Assembly (NCBI RefSeq): GCF_046267985.1
Contig: NZ_CP176530.1
Location: 478,881-502,880 of the forward strand
DNA length: 24,000 nt
From: Pseudobdellovibrio sp. HCB154
Lineage (GTDB): Bacteria > Bdellovibrionota > Bdellovibrionia > Bdellovibrionales > Bdellovibrionaceae
Direction: 5' to 3'
The stretch's first letter is position 1. Each line of letters begins with the position of its first letter. The position numbers and the translations under genes are program-made. The notes below the pieces were generated by a model. The model saw nothing but the letters and a program-made list of their open reading frames with translations, searched no databases and was not told where the DNA came from. Positions 22,344-24,000 of this stretch are shown here, piece after piece.

Positions 22344-22922
22344 ATGAAATCAAAAGTCAGTTCACACAATGGCCAGCAGAAATTTCCACAAACACATGTG
22401 CATAGTCTGTTAAATGATAATTTATTAGTGTGCATTCGTTTATGGAGCGGCCCTGAAGTAGAACAAAAAGCAGTTGATGAAATTCTACGTTACCTTTCAG
22501 CGGCTGATGCGGATCTGGAAGTTACAACGCCGTTTGATTATATCGAAAGTTTATCGTCGCTTGCAAATAAAGTGCGCGTCGCTTTATTACTGGCCAATGA
22601 AGCTTTATACATTGATAACAAAGAAAAATATTCGCAAGGTTTTGAAATTGCAATTTGTTATAAACACAATAAAGAAATCAGCTTAGGTTCGGTGGGGCGC
22701 TTTGCTTTTACAGCAGAAAAGAAAGACAAAAAGTTTTTAATGTTTGAATCAGGTGGCTTTTTAGATGATTTAGTGCTGCTTCCGACAGATCTTTTAGGCA
22801 TTGAACGTGAAGTTGATATTAAGTGCACGTCTGTTTCAACGCGCGATTTATCTTCAATTCAGATTAGTTCTAAGTTTGACCAAAATACATATTGGTCAAC
22901 AACTGTTAGTCAGTTTGACTAG
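22344..22922 (+). CDS. Hypothetical cytoplasmic protein, last gene of the FHA operon (possible degenerate PP2C-like fold)
   Basis: 192 aa. The ATG lies 2 nt after the upstream stop. No signal peptide or TM. LLVCIRLWSGPEVEQKAVDEILRYL and EIAICYKHNKEISLGSVGRFAFT are spaced like the DGMGG-helix and GDSR strands of PP2C phosphatases, but the metal-binding Asp residues are absent. This is a by-eye impression only. Confidence 0.55.
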   Translation: MKSKVSSHNGQQKFPQTHVHSLLNDNLLVCIRLWSGPEVEQKAVDEILRYLSAADADLEVTTPFDYIESLSSLANKVRVALLLANEALYIDNKEKYSQGFEIAICYKHNKEISLGSVGRFAFTAEKKDKKFLMFESGGFLDDLVLLPTDLLGIEREVDIKCTSVSTRDLSSIQISSKFDQNTYWSTTVSQFD

Positions 22923-22941
22923 TAGGCCTTTTAAAAGAAAA

Positions 22942-24000
22942 TTATTGCACGAAATTAGGGTCAACGAAGATCAGCGGGTGATACCAGGTTTTATTTTGCT
23001 CATGCAGGCCCCAGATATTTTCCATCGCTAAATTCCAATTAGCGATTTTGATTTCTTCAAAATATTTTTTACGATTTAATTCGTAAGCCAGTTTAGTTTT
23101 TTCAGTATTTAAATCAAACTGCGGAGCATGTTTATATTTTAAATAATCAACGAACAGGCTATCGTGACAAGATTTAAGCTGCGAAATCACCACAGGTGGT
23201 TTGCTAATAAGATTTAGACAACCACTGTAAGCCATATCAAGCTTTATTAAATCCATTTTTTCAATCTGTTTGGCTTTTAATTGCTGGTTTAGCCAGTACA
23301 AATAAAGCGGGTGAGTTTCAGCAATTTTTACAGAAAAGAAATCGGCTGCGGGTAAAGTATTTTTTAAATAGTCTTTGGCCAAAGTCATCCCGTTATCGCC
23401 AGGTTGGGTAATACTTGTCACAAACAAACGGCGCGGGCTTGGAATATCTTGTTCGCTATTTGTTTTGTACAGGTTGACCACTTCAAATTTATCAGTGGCT
23501 AAGCTAAAAACTTCAGTTTCTTCTTTGCGATCAATAATCAGTAAAGTTGGTGTGATGACAGCAAAATTTAATTGCAGCGGTTTTTTAATCCAAGTGTTGG
23601 CGGCTTCAACCAAAAGATAACGGGGATTTGTTTTACTGTCTGCCGAAGCTTCGCTGTAAAACGGTGTTAAATTTAACAGCGGAAAACCTTCTAAAGCCGA
23701 CGGTTCGTCAGCGCCAAAAAAGCTTTTTAAGGTATGCCCGATATCCGCTAAAGAGATGGGGGTATCGTTCTTCCAAGAAATACCCTCATCGCCTGACATG
23801 CGAGGCGGCTTAATTAACAGAGAAACTAACGTGTTTTCAGAGTGAAGATTTAAAAAAGGTGTTTCGTTTAAGCGATTATAGTTGTTGCCACCACGAAGAC
23901 CCACCACATACACATAGGTTTTATCCCAGATGCCACGGTGTTTTAATTCGCTGATAAAATTAAAAAGTTTTTCGTCTAATTTTTCGATATTTGTTGTCGA
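22942..24000 (-). CDS. Sulfatase/alkaline-phosphatase-superfamily-like protein, C-terminal part (5' end beyond window)
   Basis: The supplied ORF starts at GTG 23913, but my translation shows the frame stays open to 24000 (STTNIEKLDEKLFNFISELKHRGIWDKTYVYVVGLRGG...). ELKHRGIWDKTYVYVVGLRGG ... TLVSLLIKPP ... ISLADIGHTLKSFFG parallels the L..G..DNT-hhhh-sDHG ... vP ... Dh.PTL layout of sulfatase-family enzymes, with D-H-G replaced by L-R-G. A ~200-aa unfamiliar C-terminal extension follows. Confidence 0.55.
   Translation of the reverse strand, partial: STTNIEKLDEKLFNFISELKHRGIWDKTYVYVVGLRGGNNYNRLNETPFLNLHSENTLVSLLIKPPRMSGDEGISWKNDTPISLADIGHTLKSFFGADEPSALEGFPLLNLTPFYSEASADSKTNPRYLLVEAANTWIKKPLQLNFAVITPTLLIIDRKEETEVFSLATDKFEVVNLYKTNSEQDIPSPRRLFVTSITQPGDNGMTLAKDYLKNTLPAADFFSVKIAETHPLYLYWLNQQLKAKQIEKMDLIKLDMAYSGCLNLISKPPVVISQLKSCHDSLFVDYLKYKHAPQFDLNTEKTKLAYELNRKKYFEEIKIANWNLAMENIWGLHEQNKTWYHPLIFVDPNFVQ

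Noticed and set aside
16068-22922. Reading the right-hand operon as a standard Tad/Flp pilus locus
   Set aside because: Only one platform-type gene is present. The window contains no TadA/CpaF ATPase, second platform paralog, Flp pilin, prepilin peptidase, RcpA/CpaC secretin or TadZ, and the upstream neighbour is a divergent division-gene cluster.
1-24000. Mobile element, prophage, defence island or CRISPR interpretation of the window
   Set aside because: I recognised no integrase, transposase, terminal inverted repeats, direct-repeat arrays, nuclease/helicase/ATPase defence hallmarks or tRNA attachment site. Housekeeping genes (valS, proC, trmO, divIVA) are interspersed throughout.

Overview
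Densely coding 24-kb window that looks chromosomal and Gram-negative. I recognised no rRNA, tRNA, CRISPR array, transposase or integrase. All family assignments come from motifs read in the translations, not from searches.

Left third (1-6.9 kb): the 5' part of a secreted S1/P1-type nuclease (-), trmO/tsaA, a translationally coupled unknown ORF, a 2OG-Fe(II) oxygenase, and three exported or membrane-anchored proteins of unknown function.

Middle (7-16 kb): a minus-strand housekeeping block of valS, a rhodanese-like gene and an MFS transporter. Then come a beta-barrel-like exported protein (+) and an unusually long, roughly 0.8-kb low-coding spacer holding two SD-preceded small ORFs and a strong terminator. 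The division-associated set follows on the minus strand: divIVA, proC and a fused maf-yggS gene.

Right third (16.07-22.9 kb), the most interesting part: a six-gene, tightly coupled plus-strand operon whose start codon lies only 31 nt from the divergent maf-yggS start.
- Gene 1 is an orphan TadB/TadC-type (T2SS-F domain) platform protein.
- Gene 2 is a DUF192 protein.
- Genes 3-5 are three membrane-spanning FHA proteins carrying four FHA domains in total. One is FHA, then a periplasmic sensor-like domain, then HAMP-like and PAS-like regions, with no output domain. One is FHA-TM-TPR. One is tandem-FHA-TM-coiled-coil/TPR.
- Gene 6 is a 192-aa unknown that might be a degenerate PP2C-like fold.

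No Ser/Thr kinase, active phosphatase, secretion ATPase, pilin or secretin is present in the window. The window ends inside a sulfatase/alkaline-phosphatase-superfamily-like gene (-).

The taxon cannot be established by eye. The repertoire is reminiscent of Bdellovibrio-like or deltaproteobacterial genomes, but that is only a guess.
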